The notes beneath the pieces were generated by a model, which was not told the origin of the DNA, ran no database searches, and saw only the letters and a list, made by a program, of their open reading frames with translations. A DNA stretch of 64,000 bases from Herpetosiphon aurantiacus DSM 785 (GTDB taxonomy: Bacteria; Chloroflexota; Chloroflexia; Chloroflexales; Herpetosiphonaceae): NCBI GenBank assembly GCA_000018565.1, contig CP000875.1, forward strand, positions 633,199-697,198, given 5' to 3'. The position numbers and the translations under genes were made by a program. Position 1 is the first letter of the stretch. Every line of letters begins with the position of its first letter. Of the stretch, positions 1 to 10,800 are shown in pieces.

Positions 1-387
1 CCCTATATTGAGCAGCGAAAGATTATTATCCCTGATCATAAAATATACTTTGCATCCTTTTCGAGTGAAAAATATGCTCACTTTATTTGTGCGCTACTCA
101 ATTCATCAATTATACGTGAATTTGTGGATAGCTTCACTATAAAATTGCAGGTTGGAACAATATTTAAGCATCTTCGATTGCCTAAGTTTGATTTAGAAAA
201 TGCCGAACATCTATCACTCGTTGACTTATCCATTACGGCACATAACACTATGAATAAAACAAATGGCAGTGGTAATATTGAAGCATTTATAGAACAAATT
301 GATATCATTGCTGTAAGATTATTAGCTAAATTTGCTGCCACTATTACCGATCAACTACAACAAGAAGGGTTTAATTTAGAATTTTAA
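1..387 (+). CDS. 5'-truncated ORF (runs off window start) resembling the TaqI_C-like target-recognition domain of N6-adenine DNA methyltransferases / type IIG restriction-modification or BREX PglX-like enzymes
   Basis: Frame 1 is open from nucleotide 1 to the stop at 387. The motif '...YFASFSSEKYAHFICALLNSSIIREFVDSFTIKLQVGTIFKHLRLPKF' matches the pattern seen in TaqI_C/HsdS-like specificity domains. The region is AT-rich like the neighbouring defence genes. Confidence 0.4.
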   Translation, partial: PYIEQRKIIIPDHKIYFASFSSEKYAHFICALLNSSIIREFVDSFTIKLQVGTIFKHLRLPKFDLENAEHLSLVDLSITAHNTMNKTNGSGNIEAFIEQIDIIAVRLLAKFAATITDQLQQEGFNLEF

Positions 388-404
388 TATAGAACGATTT
401 TTTA

Positions 405-462
405 TAAACAGAAACAGGTCATAGCAATTGACTGGTTATAACCTGTTTCTGTTTATTTTTTC
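405..462 (+). terminator. Rho-independent terminator hairpin between convergent genes
   Basis: Inverted repeat aaacagaaacaggt ... acctgtttctgttt, followed by a T-run (atttttt). It lies between the stop of the + ORF (387) and the stop of the minus-strand DUF262 gene (463). Confidence 0.6.
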
Positions 463-2169
463 TTAGGAGAATTCTATCCTCCATGTTTTTACGGCTTGCT
501 TTGCCAGTTCTTTTTGGCGTCTAATAATATCTGCAGGAAGCCATGTGCTATATTGTGTAAGCATATGAGTGTAATAAATTTGTGTTTCCTTGCTATAGAG
601 ATTAGTATTTTTGTAAATAAATCCTTTTGCTCCTGATTTCTTATTTGGCGTTGTTGAAACGAGCGCTTGGTTACCAAGTTTATAGATATATTTCCGTAAA
701 TCGTCACCTGCCTGTGTTATTGTATCAATCCATTCATTTGATGGATTCTGTGGTAAAATATGCTCCAAATTAACCTTTCTCGGATCATTAGAAACCTGTG
801 AGCTTCCTCCGTTAAAATTTTTTTCTAACTCTATAAGTAAATAACGTGATTTCTTTGCATCACTTAGAACCTTAGTACTGAACGCCTCCTCAAACTCTTC
901 GTCTGTAGGATATATCGATCTGAATTCTCTGCATACTTTTATACTTTTATTTAGCTCACCAGAATGGATCTTTTTCGGAATATCAGAATAGTAGTTTGAA
1001 ATAACACCTGTCCGTAATTCTCCAATTAAATTATATCGTACTGCCATAACGACCAAAGCATAGGTTAATTTCCTAAACTCAGTTGGATTAAATTTTTGTA
1101 CTGCTGCTAATAAAACTGGCATAACCTGCTGTGCATCAAGAATATCAAGTACTTCTAAGTTATCTCTAGTTTGTTTTTCATGGTCATTCCAATAATCATC
1201 ATTTGGATTTCCAAACGCCGCATATAATCTGGCCGATGTCCTCAAACTTCGTGCGAATTCTACCGCTTGGATGGGAGTATTTACTTGTTTTCTCATCAAT
1301 CTAAATAATTGTGGTTTTGATGTTCGTCCATGGATCGATGTCCAATAATGGTGGATAAATCGATCACTCGGATCGCTATGAAGAAGATTATCGCGTAAAA
1401 TAGACCATTCATTTTGTACTGAAGGAAGATACATACCTGATTTTTCAAATATATGATTTTTTAACAGTTCCATAGTTGTTAATCCCAGCCCTCGATCATT
1501 GAGTGTTTCGAAAATAGTATAGGCATCCGCTTCATCTGATACCTTTAATATTAATACATATATATGTTTTTGTATAATATTATGTATAGATAGGAGCGCA
1601 TCTGAACTAAATTCTGTACCAGAAAATTCCTTTTGCCTCTCGATCAGCAAACTATAAATCTGTTTGATTGCTTTTCCAAGAAGATGATTCGTATCTTTCT
1701 TAGGGAGATTTTTGATGTTTTCTTCTATTTCTTCAATATTTGATTCAGAAACAATGTATTTTTGAAAAAAAGGATTATTAATTTCATTCATTTGAAATTT
1801 AGAGTTTATAGTTAATGTATTTATATCTATTTTTCCAAAATATTCCCTATTAAACCATTCGTTTCGTTGGGTATCACTATTTATTCGATAAATATTTCTT
1901 ATACAGCTTAATATAATATATATAGCAGTAATTCTTTGCTGACCATCAATTATCTCATAATAACCATCCTTCTTCTTGAAAACCATTGATCCTAGAAAGT
2001 ACTCTGGCTGAGGTAATTCAATAATTGCTGTAATATCATCCCATAACAGCTTAATCTCATCTTCCGTCCAAGCAAAACTTCGTTGAAAGACTGGTACTTT
2101 TAAAGCTTCAACCTTGTTGATAAAATCCCCAATAGGCGCTGTCTCGCTTTCGATATAGGTATTTCCCAT
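463..2169 (-). CDS. GmrSD-like type IV restriction / BrxU-like nuclease with an N-terminal DUF262 (ParB-like NTPase) domain and a C-terminal DUF1524 (His-Me/HNH-like) domain
   Basis: N-terminal hallmark 'FQRSFAWTEDEIKLLWDDI...IIDGQQRITAI' (DUF262 QR and DGQQR motifs). C-terminal 'NLEHILPQNPSNEW...GNQALVSTTPNKKSGAKGF' (DUF1524 H...N...GN motif). GC content is about 30%. Confidence 0.8.
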   Translation of the reverse strand: MGNTYIESETAPIGDFINKVEALKVPVFQRSFAWTEDEIKLLWDDITAIIELPQPEYFLGSMVFKKKDGYYEIIDGQQRITAIYIILSCIRNIYRINSDTQRNEWFNREYFGKIDINTLTINSKFQMNEINNPFFQKYIVSESNIEEIEENIKNLPKKDTNHLLGKAIKQIYSLLIERQKEFSGTEFSSDALLSIHNIIQKHIYVLILKVSDEADAYTIFETLNDRGLGLTTMELLKNHIFEKSGMYLPSVQNEWSILRDNLLHSDPSDRFIHHYWTSIHGRTSKPQLFRLMRKQVNTPIQAVEFARSLRTSARLYAAFGNPNDDYWNDHEKQTRDNLEVLDILDAQQVMPVLLAAVQKFNPTEFRKLTYALVVMAVRYNLIGELRTGVISNYYSDIPKKIHSGELNKSIKVCREFRSIYPTDEEFEEAFSTKVLSDAKKSRYLLIELEKNFNGGSSQVSNDPRKVNLEHILPQNPSNEWIDTITQAGDDLRKYIYKLGNQALVSTTPNKKSGAKGFIYKNTNLYSKETQIYYTHMLTQYSTWLPADIIRRQKELAKQAVKTWRIEFS

Positions 2170-2252
2170 ATACGATCTCCTTCTGAACTATTAGGTCATA
2201 ATTCTGTCTATGTCGTAAAGCACTCGGGAATTTCCCAAGTGCTCCTTTCATC

Positions 2253-4379
2253 CTACTGCGTGATCGTCTTGAAAAAGGCTTTGATTTCCTGATCAATCTC
2301 CTCGTCCGTCATCAATGCCGCCAGCGCAGCTCCATCGCGACTCTTGTTGAAGCGTAGGCCATAGACCCGAAAGACCGCATCGAGCAGGACATCCCCTTGA
2401 ACGAGATTCATCTTTTCGGTTGGCCACCGTGCCTCGATGGCAGATGCTTCCTCTTGGGCAATGGCTGGGAATTGAGCCTTTGCATCGCTGAGTAGGGCTG
2501 TCAGCCGATCCAATTCCTGTATACTACGACTAACGAGATCGCCTGCCTTTGGCTTTTTGGGGAACAATACCTCGCGATCAAAGCGCAGAGCTGGCAGGCG
2601 TGCAGCGATACGCTTCTCAATGACCTGCTGTTTGCATGTTTCCACACAGGTAGTGATCTGCTGCTGGATCATTTCTTCTGTAATGCCTTCCGTTGTTGCT
2701 TGCAGTCCTGATATTTGGCCTTTGTCACGTAAGAACTGGGCAATGGCGCGTGGCACAAAGAGATAGTTTTCGATTTCCCGTTTGTTGAGTACCCTTACAT
2801 TCGATTTCCCCGATAAGGGTTGTTTAATACGATCAATCTGCTGTTGATCCCGCTCGTCACGATCAATTAAGAACCACGTCTGAATCTGTTTTTTACTCAA
2901 GAAATCAAGGGTTGCTTCAGCAGCATAATAGGTTTGATTGAAAACGCCTTCCATGGTGACAAAGCCAATATTGTGTTGGCTTAAATTCACGCCAAGCGTC
3001 GCAGTCCATGTCCGTAGTATCTCCTCATCAAGCTTGCCCTCAACGAAAATAAGCTTGTCGTACATAAATAGCGAGCTGAGACGTAAACCGAGTTCTTGTG
3101 GAATAAGACTGGCAGCCTCTTCAGTATTGAGTGCTCGCACGGTGGTTGATTCGTTTTTTGATACGAGATACACATTTTTGACATCACCGGTGTCAATAAA
3201 GTTGGTGGAATGGGTTGTCATAAAGATCTGGCACTCGGCGCTAATCTCCTTGAGGTAGCGCATGAGATTCATTTCAAGGGACGGATGCAGGTGCAATTCT
3301 GGTTCTTCGATTAATACCACCTTTGGTCGATGAATCTCATAATCAAAGATGATTCGCAAGGCTTCCTTAACCCCATAGCCATTCACTTGGATAAGGAAGT
3401 TATCAACATCCAAAACGGGATCGCTATTATCATCTTCGACAAAGGCATCAATAGTAATACCTAATACCATATTTGCTATGGTTTGGATTCGTTGCAATGT
3501 AGCCTTGCTTGCTTTTTTCTTTTTTAATTCTAAGAACACGTTTGCGTCATTAATATCTAATTCCGGCCTTCGCTCTTTAATATGATGAAAATGGTTCGAT
3601 ATTCTTTGTACTATTTCTTTTAGGGATAAAATTAATTTTTCTAAATCGATATTACTGTGCTTAGTTGTATTCAATATTCCTTCTATTACAGATAATTCAT
3701 CATTATTGTTTGATTTAATTCTCTCTTCTATTAGATTATCGAGTAATTCTTGATTTTTTGCTCCTTTCTTTATGTCATTAAAGTGTTCTCTATTATTTGA
3801 TTTGATAATATTATTTAACATTGAAATTGCTTGCTCAAATCCTGATTTATTTTTTTCTTTTATTTCATTTAATATTAATGTTTCGGAGGATATGTAATTT
3901 AGTATAATATGATATTGTACTAAATTAGATAAATTATTATTGATTATATCTAGTAATTCATGATTACTTTTGTCACCTTCCAAGGTTATATTTTTTAATA
4001 TTTTTGCATTAACTTTTGATTTTTTGTCTAATAAATTTACTATAGTAATACTTAATTTTGTGTATGTATTTTTTGTATTATTTTCAGGCTTATATATTTT
4101 TAAGTTATCTATGTCTGATTGAGAAATATTGAACTTTATGCTGATTTCGATTATTGAATCTTCACTATTATTGAAAAAATTTATTGTATCTTTGGAATCT
4201 TCAATAAATGTGAATAGTTTGCCTCGCTCCATAAACTCGAAAAACGTCGTAATCGCCAAGAGGATATTCGACTTCCCCGCATTATTCTTGCCAATCAGGA
4301 CATTGATATCCCCACAGCCGTTCAGCTGGGCGTGTTCAATACTGCGAAAGTTCTTGATGATCACGTCGGTTATCTTCAT
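2253..4379 (-). CDS. OLD-family (overcoming lysogenization defect) ATP-dependent nuclease: ABC-type ATPase with a long coiled-coil insertion, plus a C-terminal TOPRIM domain
   Basis: Walker A 'LIGKNNAGKSNIL'. Walker B/D-loop 'VVLIEEPELHLHPSL'. TOPRIM 'LIFVEGKLDEEIL' and 'FLIDRDERD'. An N/K/I-rich low-complexity insertion of about 250 aa (nt 3480-4230) is extremely AT-rich. Confidence 0.75.
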   Translation of the reverse strand: MKITDVIIKNFRSIEHAQLNGCGDINVLIGKNNAGKSNILLAITTFFEFMERGKLFTFIEDSKDTINFFNNSEDSIIEISIKFNISQSDIDNLKIYKPENNTKNTYTKLSITIVNLLDKKSKVNAKILKNITLEGDKSNHELLDIINNNLSNLVQYHIILNYISSETLILNEIKEKNKSGFEQAISMLNNIIKSNNREHFNDIKKGAKNQELLDNLIEERIKSNNNDELSVIEGILNTTKHSNIDLEKLILSLKEIVQRISNHFHHIKERRPELDINDANVFLELKKKKASKATLQRIQTIANMVLGITIDAFVEDDNSDPVLDVDNFLIQVNGYGVKEALRIIFDYEIHRPKVVLIEEPELHLHPSLEMNLMRYLKEISAECQIFMTTHSTNFIDTGDVKNVYLVSKNESTTVRALNTEEAASLIPQELGLRLSSLFMYDKLIFVEGKLDEEILRTWTATLGVNLSQHNIGFVTMEGVFNQTYYAAEATLDFLSKKQIQTWFLIDRDERDQQQIDRIKQPLSGKSNVRVLNKREIENYLFVPRAIAQFLRDKGQISGLQATTEGITEEMIQQQITTCVETCKQQVIEKRIAARLPALRFDREVLFPKKPKAGDLVSRSIQELDRLTALLSDAKAQFPAIAQEEASAIEARWPTEKMNLVQGDVLLDAVFRVYGLRFNKSRDGAALAALMTDEEIDQEIKAFFKTITQ

Positions 4380-4656
4380 ACACCCTCCTGCTAGCCTGTG
4401 CTGCTTCAGTGCTGGGACAAACGGTGCTGTGTATCATACCACAGCCATGCAGCAAAACCGACCAAAGCCCCTTTTTACTCGTTGTATCGCTATAGTGTGT
4501 TTGACTGTGAATTTGCTGGATGCCGCTGCGTACTGATTCGCTACTTGCGATTTGATTAACAATCGAAACAGGTTTATGGTAGCAGCTACAGTAAAATCTT
4601 TAGATAGTTTTAATGATGTATTCCTTTTAGATGAAAAAACGCTAGTTTCTGGTAAG

Positions 4657-4703
4657 CATCGAGCACGTGGGAATTTCTTTCCCACGTGCTCGATGGTTTT
4701 AGG
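4657..4703. terminator. Stem-loop at the boundary between the phage tail operon and the defence island
   Basis: catcgagcacgtggg aatttcttt cccacgtgctcgatg: a perfect 15-bp stem immediately after the stop of the tail gene (4699) and followed by gtttta. Confidence 0.35.
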
Positions 4704-6384
4704 CTTGTGCTAACCACAGATCCAGCTGCTTAATCGGCGCTTCCGGCGTAACGCTCACCTCACCTGTCATCAGATTCACCGAGGTTTCAGCCAGCGTATA
4801 GCTGCGCTTGTTGATCGCGCCGGATAAATCACCAATGGTAATCACATCGCCACGACTGAGTAGATCGAGTGGCTCGCGCACATTGTACTCGTTGCGCACG
4901 GCGCGGACGTTCAGACTGGCGCGAACGGTCGGTGCTGCATCGGTCAAGGCGACGCTGCGCAACGTGGCCGCCTCGGTGCTATCCGTGGTTTCGCTGGCAA
5001 TGGTGCGCTGGCGAACGATGCCTAAGGCATAGCGCTCGCTGGCGTGTTCCGCGAAGGCGGTATAGAGCGGTTGGTTACTGGCGTTCTTGTAGGCAACCCT
5101 GATTTGGTTGGTTGCTTCGCCCAGCGCTTTCTCCAGTTCAATCGAGCCATCGACGAGGGCAAAGGTGCGGCCTGTTTCCTTGGGACCATAGTAGAGGTAT
5201 TGGGCATCATCGACATAGGTCACATACTGCGCCTGATCGGCCAACTCCTGTACCACGCTCAAGCCGGATGCAGCCGACCATGCGGCTTCCAAACAATCGC
5301 GGCTACTCTTGATAATCCGCGCACTGCTCTGCTTGATCCCGCTACCCGGGTTGGTTGTGAGGTTGCGGCTCAAGACATCTTCGACAATCTCTTTATCGGT
5401 CACGACAATCCCGCGCACAGTCACGCCAAGGACGTGGGTCTTGGTAAAGGCGGCTTGGAATTGGGTGGCATTGACCGCCAAGACTACGACACTCTCGCTA
5501 TTCACCCCACCGCTTTCGATGGTCAGGCGTTGACCAACCGCGATATTGAGGGTACTCGCCACGGGCACGAAGGCCGTGCCAATGGCAATTGCACCGCTGG
5601 TGGTCGTGTTGACCATGTTCGTGGTGACCGTGGCCACGCGCAGGTTGCTGATCTTCAGGTAATCATCGCCTGTTTCCCCGATATAGGTGGCGAGGGCGGC
5701 GTTGTAATACATCGCAACACTGACGAGGGGCCGCGCCGCGAAGGTGAAGCACAGCGATCCGGTTTGGGCTGTGCCATTACCCAGGGCAATCGTGGTCGCT
5801 CCGGTTTGGCTGCTGTAATCGCGCTCGGCAGCGAGGAAGGTTGCCAGCCAATTGGTGGGGCCTTTCGAGCGCCAATCGAATTGGATAACTTGGAATCCGG
5901 TGGTGTTCAGATTCGCCGGAATGAAGAGCGACTGACGACCAATCCCCTTGGCGTTGCTAAATTGTTCATTCTTGCGCGGCGACAAACTGATCGTGCCATC
6001 ATCGTGGCGCATCTCCCAGCGCTCGGGCGTGGACGAGGCGGTTTCGACAGGCAGCCAACCATCCAGTTTCGTGACTGACCACCAGCCATCGTACTCCAAG
6101 TCGTCGAGCGTCACAATTAGATTGTGGCATTCAATGGCTAAGCCCTGATCAATCAGGCGTAGGGTGACGGTGCGATAGCGCAGGGTTTTGCCATCGCTGC
6201 GCTGCACCACGGCGGTTAATAATCGCGCTTGGGCATACAGCGTTTTGGCGATAAACGGCACAAGCCGCACGCTGACAGTTAAGCCGTTGGTGCTCAGGGT
6301 TGCGTCGGTGACCTGGCGATCAAAGCGGGCCAGTTGCACATTGGTGAAGGGATCATAAAGCGAAATCGCGTACTGCATTGACAT
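4699..6384 (-). CDS. Phage tail protein (Tal-like / baseplate or tail-tip protein)
   Basis: Sits immediately downstream of the Dit-like gene in a tape-measure/Dit/Tal arrangement. GC-rich like the rest of the phage cluster. No catalytic motif was recognised. Confidence 0.45.
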   Translation of the reverse strand: MSMQYAISLYDPFTNVQLARFDRQVTDATLSTNGLTVSVRLVPFIAKTLYAQARLLTAVVQRSDGKTLRYRTVTLRLIDQGLAIECHNLIVTLDDLEYDGWWSVTKLDGWLPVETASSTPERWEMRHDDGTISLSPRKNEQFSNAKGIGRQSLFIPANLNTTGFQVIQFDWRSKGPTNWLATFLAAERDYSSQTGATTIALGNGTAQTGSLCFTFAARPLVSVAMYYNAALATYIGETGDDYLKISNLRVATVTTNMVNTTTSGAIAIGTAFVPVASTLNIAVGQRLTIESGGVNSESVVVLAVNATQFQAAFTKTHVLGVTVRGIVVTDKEIVEDVLSRNLTTNPGSGIKQSSARIIKSSRDCLEAAWSAASGLSVVQELADQAQYVTYVDDAQYLYYGPKETGRTFALVDGSIELEKALGEATNQIRVAYKNASNQPLYTAFAEHASERYALGIVRQRTIASETTDSTEAATLRSVALTDAAPTVRASLNVRAVRNEYNVREPLDLLSRGDVITIGDLSGAINKRSYTLAETSVNLMTGEVSVTPEAPIKQLDLWLAQA

Positions 6385-6393
6385 TGACCCCTC

Positions 6394-7770
6394 CTACAGT
6401 GGGATAATCGCGCCATTGAGGCGTGATGCTTGAACGGTCATGGTGCGGGCGCTGGCGGCATTCTCGGTGGTGGCACTCCAGGCATTGCCATTGACCGCAA
6501 ACAGATTGACATCGAGCTGGAGATCCTTCGTCAATGCCAAGGGATTGCTATCGGTGGGCACGGCTTGGGTTACACCCGCATTCGTCCACGTCAGACTGGC
6601 ATCGGGGTTGCTCAGATAACGGGCATCGACGGTGATCGTCGTGGCCGTGCTGGGCAATGGCAGCGACGCGAAGGGAATCACACTCCAGCCGCCTGCATCG
6701 GCGGCAATGGTCAGGATGGCATTGATATAGATCGCTCCGGCGTTGGTCAGGTTGGTCAGCTTCAGTTGGTGGCCCGTGATTAAATAGGGTGCGCTGGTTT
6801 GGCCAAGTGGCACAATGATTGGGGTAGCACTATCGACAAGGGTGGCACGGCCTTCGATTAATGCGCCATTACTGCGCACCACGGGCGTGATTAAAAAGGG
6901 TGCGGTCGTTTTGAGCATGGCCCACTGAATAATCGAACGGCTATTGAGCGGCCCAATATCGGTCAGCACCCCGTTGGGCGAATAGGATGGCGTGACGCTG
7001 GGAAAGTTGTAGAAACAGAGGAGGTTATCAGTGGCATAGACCCCCGATGCTTGAATTTGGCGTGACCAACCAAACTGGGTTGGACTAGGCGCAAACAACC
7101 ACGCCGCCGATTTGACCATCTTGCCGCGTGGAGCCACGGCAATCAGGCCATTGATGGTTGTTCCATTGGTGGCTGCGGCCACATTCAAGGTGAGGTTGGT
7201 GGGGCTTTCCAGCGGGGCCGCGCTGCCGCTGAAATTCGGCTGATGGATGTTGGCGATATTGGCGCTGGCACTGGTGCTGCTATTTGTACTGGCTGTGGCG
7301 CAGCGCAGCGGGCGGCAGAGAAACATGACGGGCACATTGAGAATCCACCAAACATCATTATCTTGGATCAGCGTGGGCGATGTGCCGACCATGGGCGTAT
7401 CGCCTGCGCGGCCCATCACCAGCATATCGCTATGCACGGTGTTGTCACTGGGCTTGGTACGCCACACCACGGCGCTGCTATAGCCTTCCTCGTAAAAGCG
7501 CTCGGCATCGTCGAGTAACACCATCAGCGCGTGGTAGGCGGCCCACGCCTGATCTTCATTCGTGCCACCAAAGATATTCACGGCAAACGATTGCACGCTG
7601 GGTTGAAACTGTTCGCCATTGGAGATCAAACGGCGGTCGCGCTGTGGAACCTGTGGCTGCCACGAGCCATCGACAAGCCAATAGCAGGTGGTTCCTTCGG
7701 TTGGGTTTACGCCAGCAGGCATGAAGTCAATCACGACGCTGCCATTGCGGAGTAGTTGCATTGTTGTCAT
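6394..7770 (-). CDS. Phage distal tail protein (Dit)-like, with a C-terminal extension
   Basis: Synteny: directly downstream of the tape measure gene. T/S/N-rich, beta-rich C-terminal region typical of evolved Dit proteins. Confidence 0.45.
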   Translation of the reverse strand: MTTMQLLRNGSVVIDFMPAGVNPTEGTTCYWLVDGSWQPQVPQRDRRLISNGEQFQPSVQSFAVNIFGGTNEDQAWAAYHALMVLLDDAERFYEEGYSSAVVWRTKPSDNTVHSDMLVMGRAGDTPMVGTSPTLIQDNDVWWILNVPVMFLCRPLRCATASTNSSTSASANIANIHQPNFSGSAAPLESPTNLTLNVAAATNGTTINGLIAVAPRGKMVKSAAWLFAPSPTQFGWSRQIQASGVYATDNLLCFYNFPSVTPSYSPNGVLTDIGPLNSRSIIQWAMLKTTAPFLITPVVRSNGALIEGRATLVDSATPIIVPLGQTSAPYLITGHQLKLTNLTNAGAIYINAILTIAADAGGWSVIPFASLPLPSTATTITVDARYLSNPDASLTWTNAGVTQAVPTDSNPLALTKDLQLDVNLFAVNGNAWSATTENAASARTMTVQASRLNGAIIPL

Positions 7771-7855
7771 ACAAGCCGCCTCCTTTGGGCGGTGGGTGTG
7801 GTTGGGTTAATGGTCGTGTGTGCAGGATTGTTTCAGCCCTGCACACGGTCAATCG

Positions 7856-10800
7856 TTATTTGCCAAAGGGATTGGTTTTCTTCTGAATATTTGCCTTTTC
7901 GACATAGTTCTTGATGGCCTTTTCAGCGCCACGAATGGCCGCCGCTTCGACCGCTGCGGGATTCATGGCTTCACGGGCATCAACGGCAATCTCATAGGTG
8001 TAATAGTTGACAATGGTTGTCCCACTCGCTCCCTCCATGCCGCGTGCGCCGACCATACCGCCTTGGGGTACGACCATGCGAGCCGTCATGCCCTTGGTTT
8101 CTTCGGCGGTGAAGACCTCCGCGCCGCGTGGAATGTTGCTAATGCCTGGCGGCAACAGCGCAAAGTCGCCGCCGCGTGTGCGCATGGCTTCGATGCCCTT
8201 CCACGGCTCGGAGGCAAAGGCCAAACCGCCAGCCCAATTCTTCACCCCGTCGGCTAAGTAGGGAATCAGTGGAATGCCACCGAAGCCCAAGGCGGAGCCA
8301 ACGGTATTCGCGCCTTCAATGAGTTTGTTGACGGCGGTGATCATCAGGTTGAGCGGAGATTTAATGCCACTGAGGATGCCGCGAAAGGCTTCCACAATCC
8401 CGTTGGTAATTTCATCCCACACCGCAGCACTGGCATCCTTAATCCATTGCCACGCCACCGCAACCCCGTTTTTGAATTGCTCCAAAAAGCCGTCAAGGTT
8501 GTCGAGCACACCGCCAAACATCGTGCGGAAGTAGTCGCTGATGCCATCCCACGCGGTGCGAATGCCCGTGCCAATGAGATCCCACGCGACCACCAAGAGG
8601 TTCCAGACAACCTCCAGCGCCCCCTTCACGATGTCGATGATGCCATTCCAGAGTCCGGCAAAGACATCCTTGATTGCCGTCCATGCGCCTGACCAATCCC
8701 CGTGAATCACGGCAGTGACGGTTTTGATCACGCCTTGAATCACGCTCATGGCGGCTTCGACGATGCCCTTGATGATGCTCCATGCCCCACTGAGCAGGCC
8801 CGTGATCTGGTCTTTGTGGTCGCTGAGGAAGGTGGCGATGCCGTGGAAGAATGGAATAATCGCACCATCAATCACATCCAGTGCGCCATCAATGACGACC
8901 TGAATAGTTTCCCACGCCATCGTCAGCACACCTTTGATTTCTTCGCCGTGCTGCTCAAGGAAGCTTCGGATTGCGTCGAGTGCGGTTTGAATCACCGTGC
9001 CAACCGCGCCCAGCACCGTGCTCACAATGCCCTCAATCCGGCCCCACGCATCACGCAGGAAGGTCACGATCTGCTCGCCGTTCTCGCGGAACCAACTGGT
9101 AATTAGCCCAAAGGCGGTTTGTACGGTGGTCTGTACCGCATTGAAAACCTCTCCGGTGATGGTGCGGATATTGGCGAAATTGGTTTGCCACGCCAATCCC
9201 AGCGCGGCGGCTCCGGCTACCAGTAAGCCCATCGGTGACACGAGTGCGGCGACCGCTCCCGCCAAGCCCGTGAACAGTGACACCAGGCCCATACCCGTGA
9301 AGAGGGTGGCAATGCCCATGAATGCGCCTTTGACCGATTCAATAAACGGTGCAGCTTGGCTGAAAGCGTTGCGAATCCGGTCGATCAAGGATGGCACAGG
9401 CGCGGTGGCATTGGCCATTTCGACTTGGCGATCCTTCAAATCAGCATAGCGATCGGCGGCTACCTCGGCTCCGGTTGCCGCATCCTGCATGGATTGATTG
9501 GTTTCGTCCGCGCCATCCTTAACCTTGGTGAATGGTGGAACGAGCGCACCGACACCTTTGGCCGCACCCTTGGCCGCGCCGCCCACACCTTTCATTTTCT
9601 CGGCTGAAGCCTCTAACTCTTTTTGTTGCTGGGCTTCGAGCTGCGAGATTTGAGTTTTGATGCGCCAATATTCGGATTGGTCAGCGTTGGTATTGGCCAA
9701 TTCACCTTGGAGGATTGCCAGCTTGCCCGCAGTATCCGCTGTGGCATACTGATAATCGCGTTCGGCTTTGGCGGCTTCGTCCTGTTTCCGCTTGACCTCC
9801 TCCAGCTCGCGCTGGCGCTGTTTCTCGGCCTTATTGATCTCCTGTTGAATATCGTTGTATTCGGCGCTGCCCTCGGCGTATTGGCCCTGCTCTTGGCGCA
9901 AGCGAGCTAACTGATCCTCGGTGGACATGAGGCTTAACTCATAGTCGCGTTGCTCTTTGGCCAGTTTATTGAGTTCCGCCTGACGTTTCTGCTCTTCCTG
10001 ATTAATCTGCCCTTGCAGTCGCCAATACTCGGCATCGGTTGTGGCATAGGCGGCCTGCTTGTCCTTGAGCATCTGTAAGCGATCGGCAGTTCCGGCAATA
10101 CTGAAGCTGTATTCCCACTGCGCACGGGCCGCCGCTTCAGCTTTCTTGGCGGCATCGTCCATGGGCGATTTGCCGCCGCCACCCCCGCCGCCCGTGGCTT
10201 TGGGCTTTTTGACTTCCTGCTCGGCGGCTTTGGCTTGTTCCTCGCGGATTTTCTGGCGCAGCTTCAGGGCGGCTAGCTCCAGTTTGGCCTGCTCGCGGTC
10301 ACTATCCTTGCCACCCGTACTATTAATCAGCGCCAAGAGCTGCTTTTCTTGGGCTGCTTCCTTGACCCGCTGCTGGGCATCTTCAATCGATTGCAGTTCG
10401 GTTTCGAGATAGGCCAGTAGCCCATCGGTTGGCAGCCGCGCATCATTCCAACCATCCATCCAGACTTGCGCCGTATCGCGGCCCCAGGTGTCGATATTGG
10501 GAAGCAGCTTGGGTGGAGAATGCGGCTCAAGCCAATAGGTCACGAGGTCGCCAATGTAGCCAAGGCTATCGACGACCGCACCAGCACCACCCATAATCCC
10601 GTTGGCTAGCTGGGTGGCAATGTTGCTACCCCATTGCACCGCGCTGCTGGCAAGGTCAATGAACAGACCAAAGGCTTCGCTCGCCGTGCTGGCGAAGTCA
10701 AGGAAATACGGGCCAACCATCTGGACGGCTGTACCAATCCGCTCAAACGCTCCCACAACCACGGCGCTGATGCGGGGCATGGCTTCGGCCAACCAATCGG

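Noticed and set aside
2108-2296. 62-aa minus-strand ORF bridging the DUF262 and OLD genes
   Set aside because: It spans the intergenic gap and the ends of both genes, with no independent support. It is probably spurious.
5044-6078. 344-aa + strand ORF (and many 60-150 aa ORFs between 4800 and 11970) antisense to the tail, Dit and tape-measure genes
   Set aside because: These are high-GC antisense open frames with Arg/Gly/Ala/Pro-rich low-complexity translations. The minus-strand genes have coherent synteny and motifs.
10150-10200. C/G homopolymer-rich stretch encoding GGGGGGGK in the tape measure gene as a possible phase-variation tract
   Set aside because: The runs are interrupted (ccgccgccacccccgccgccc), so it is not a true long homopolymer. 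It is in frame in the intact ORF.
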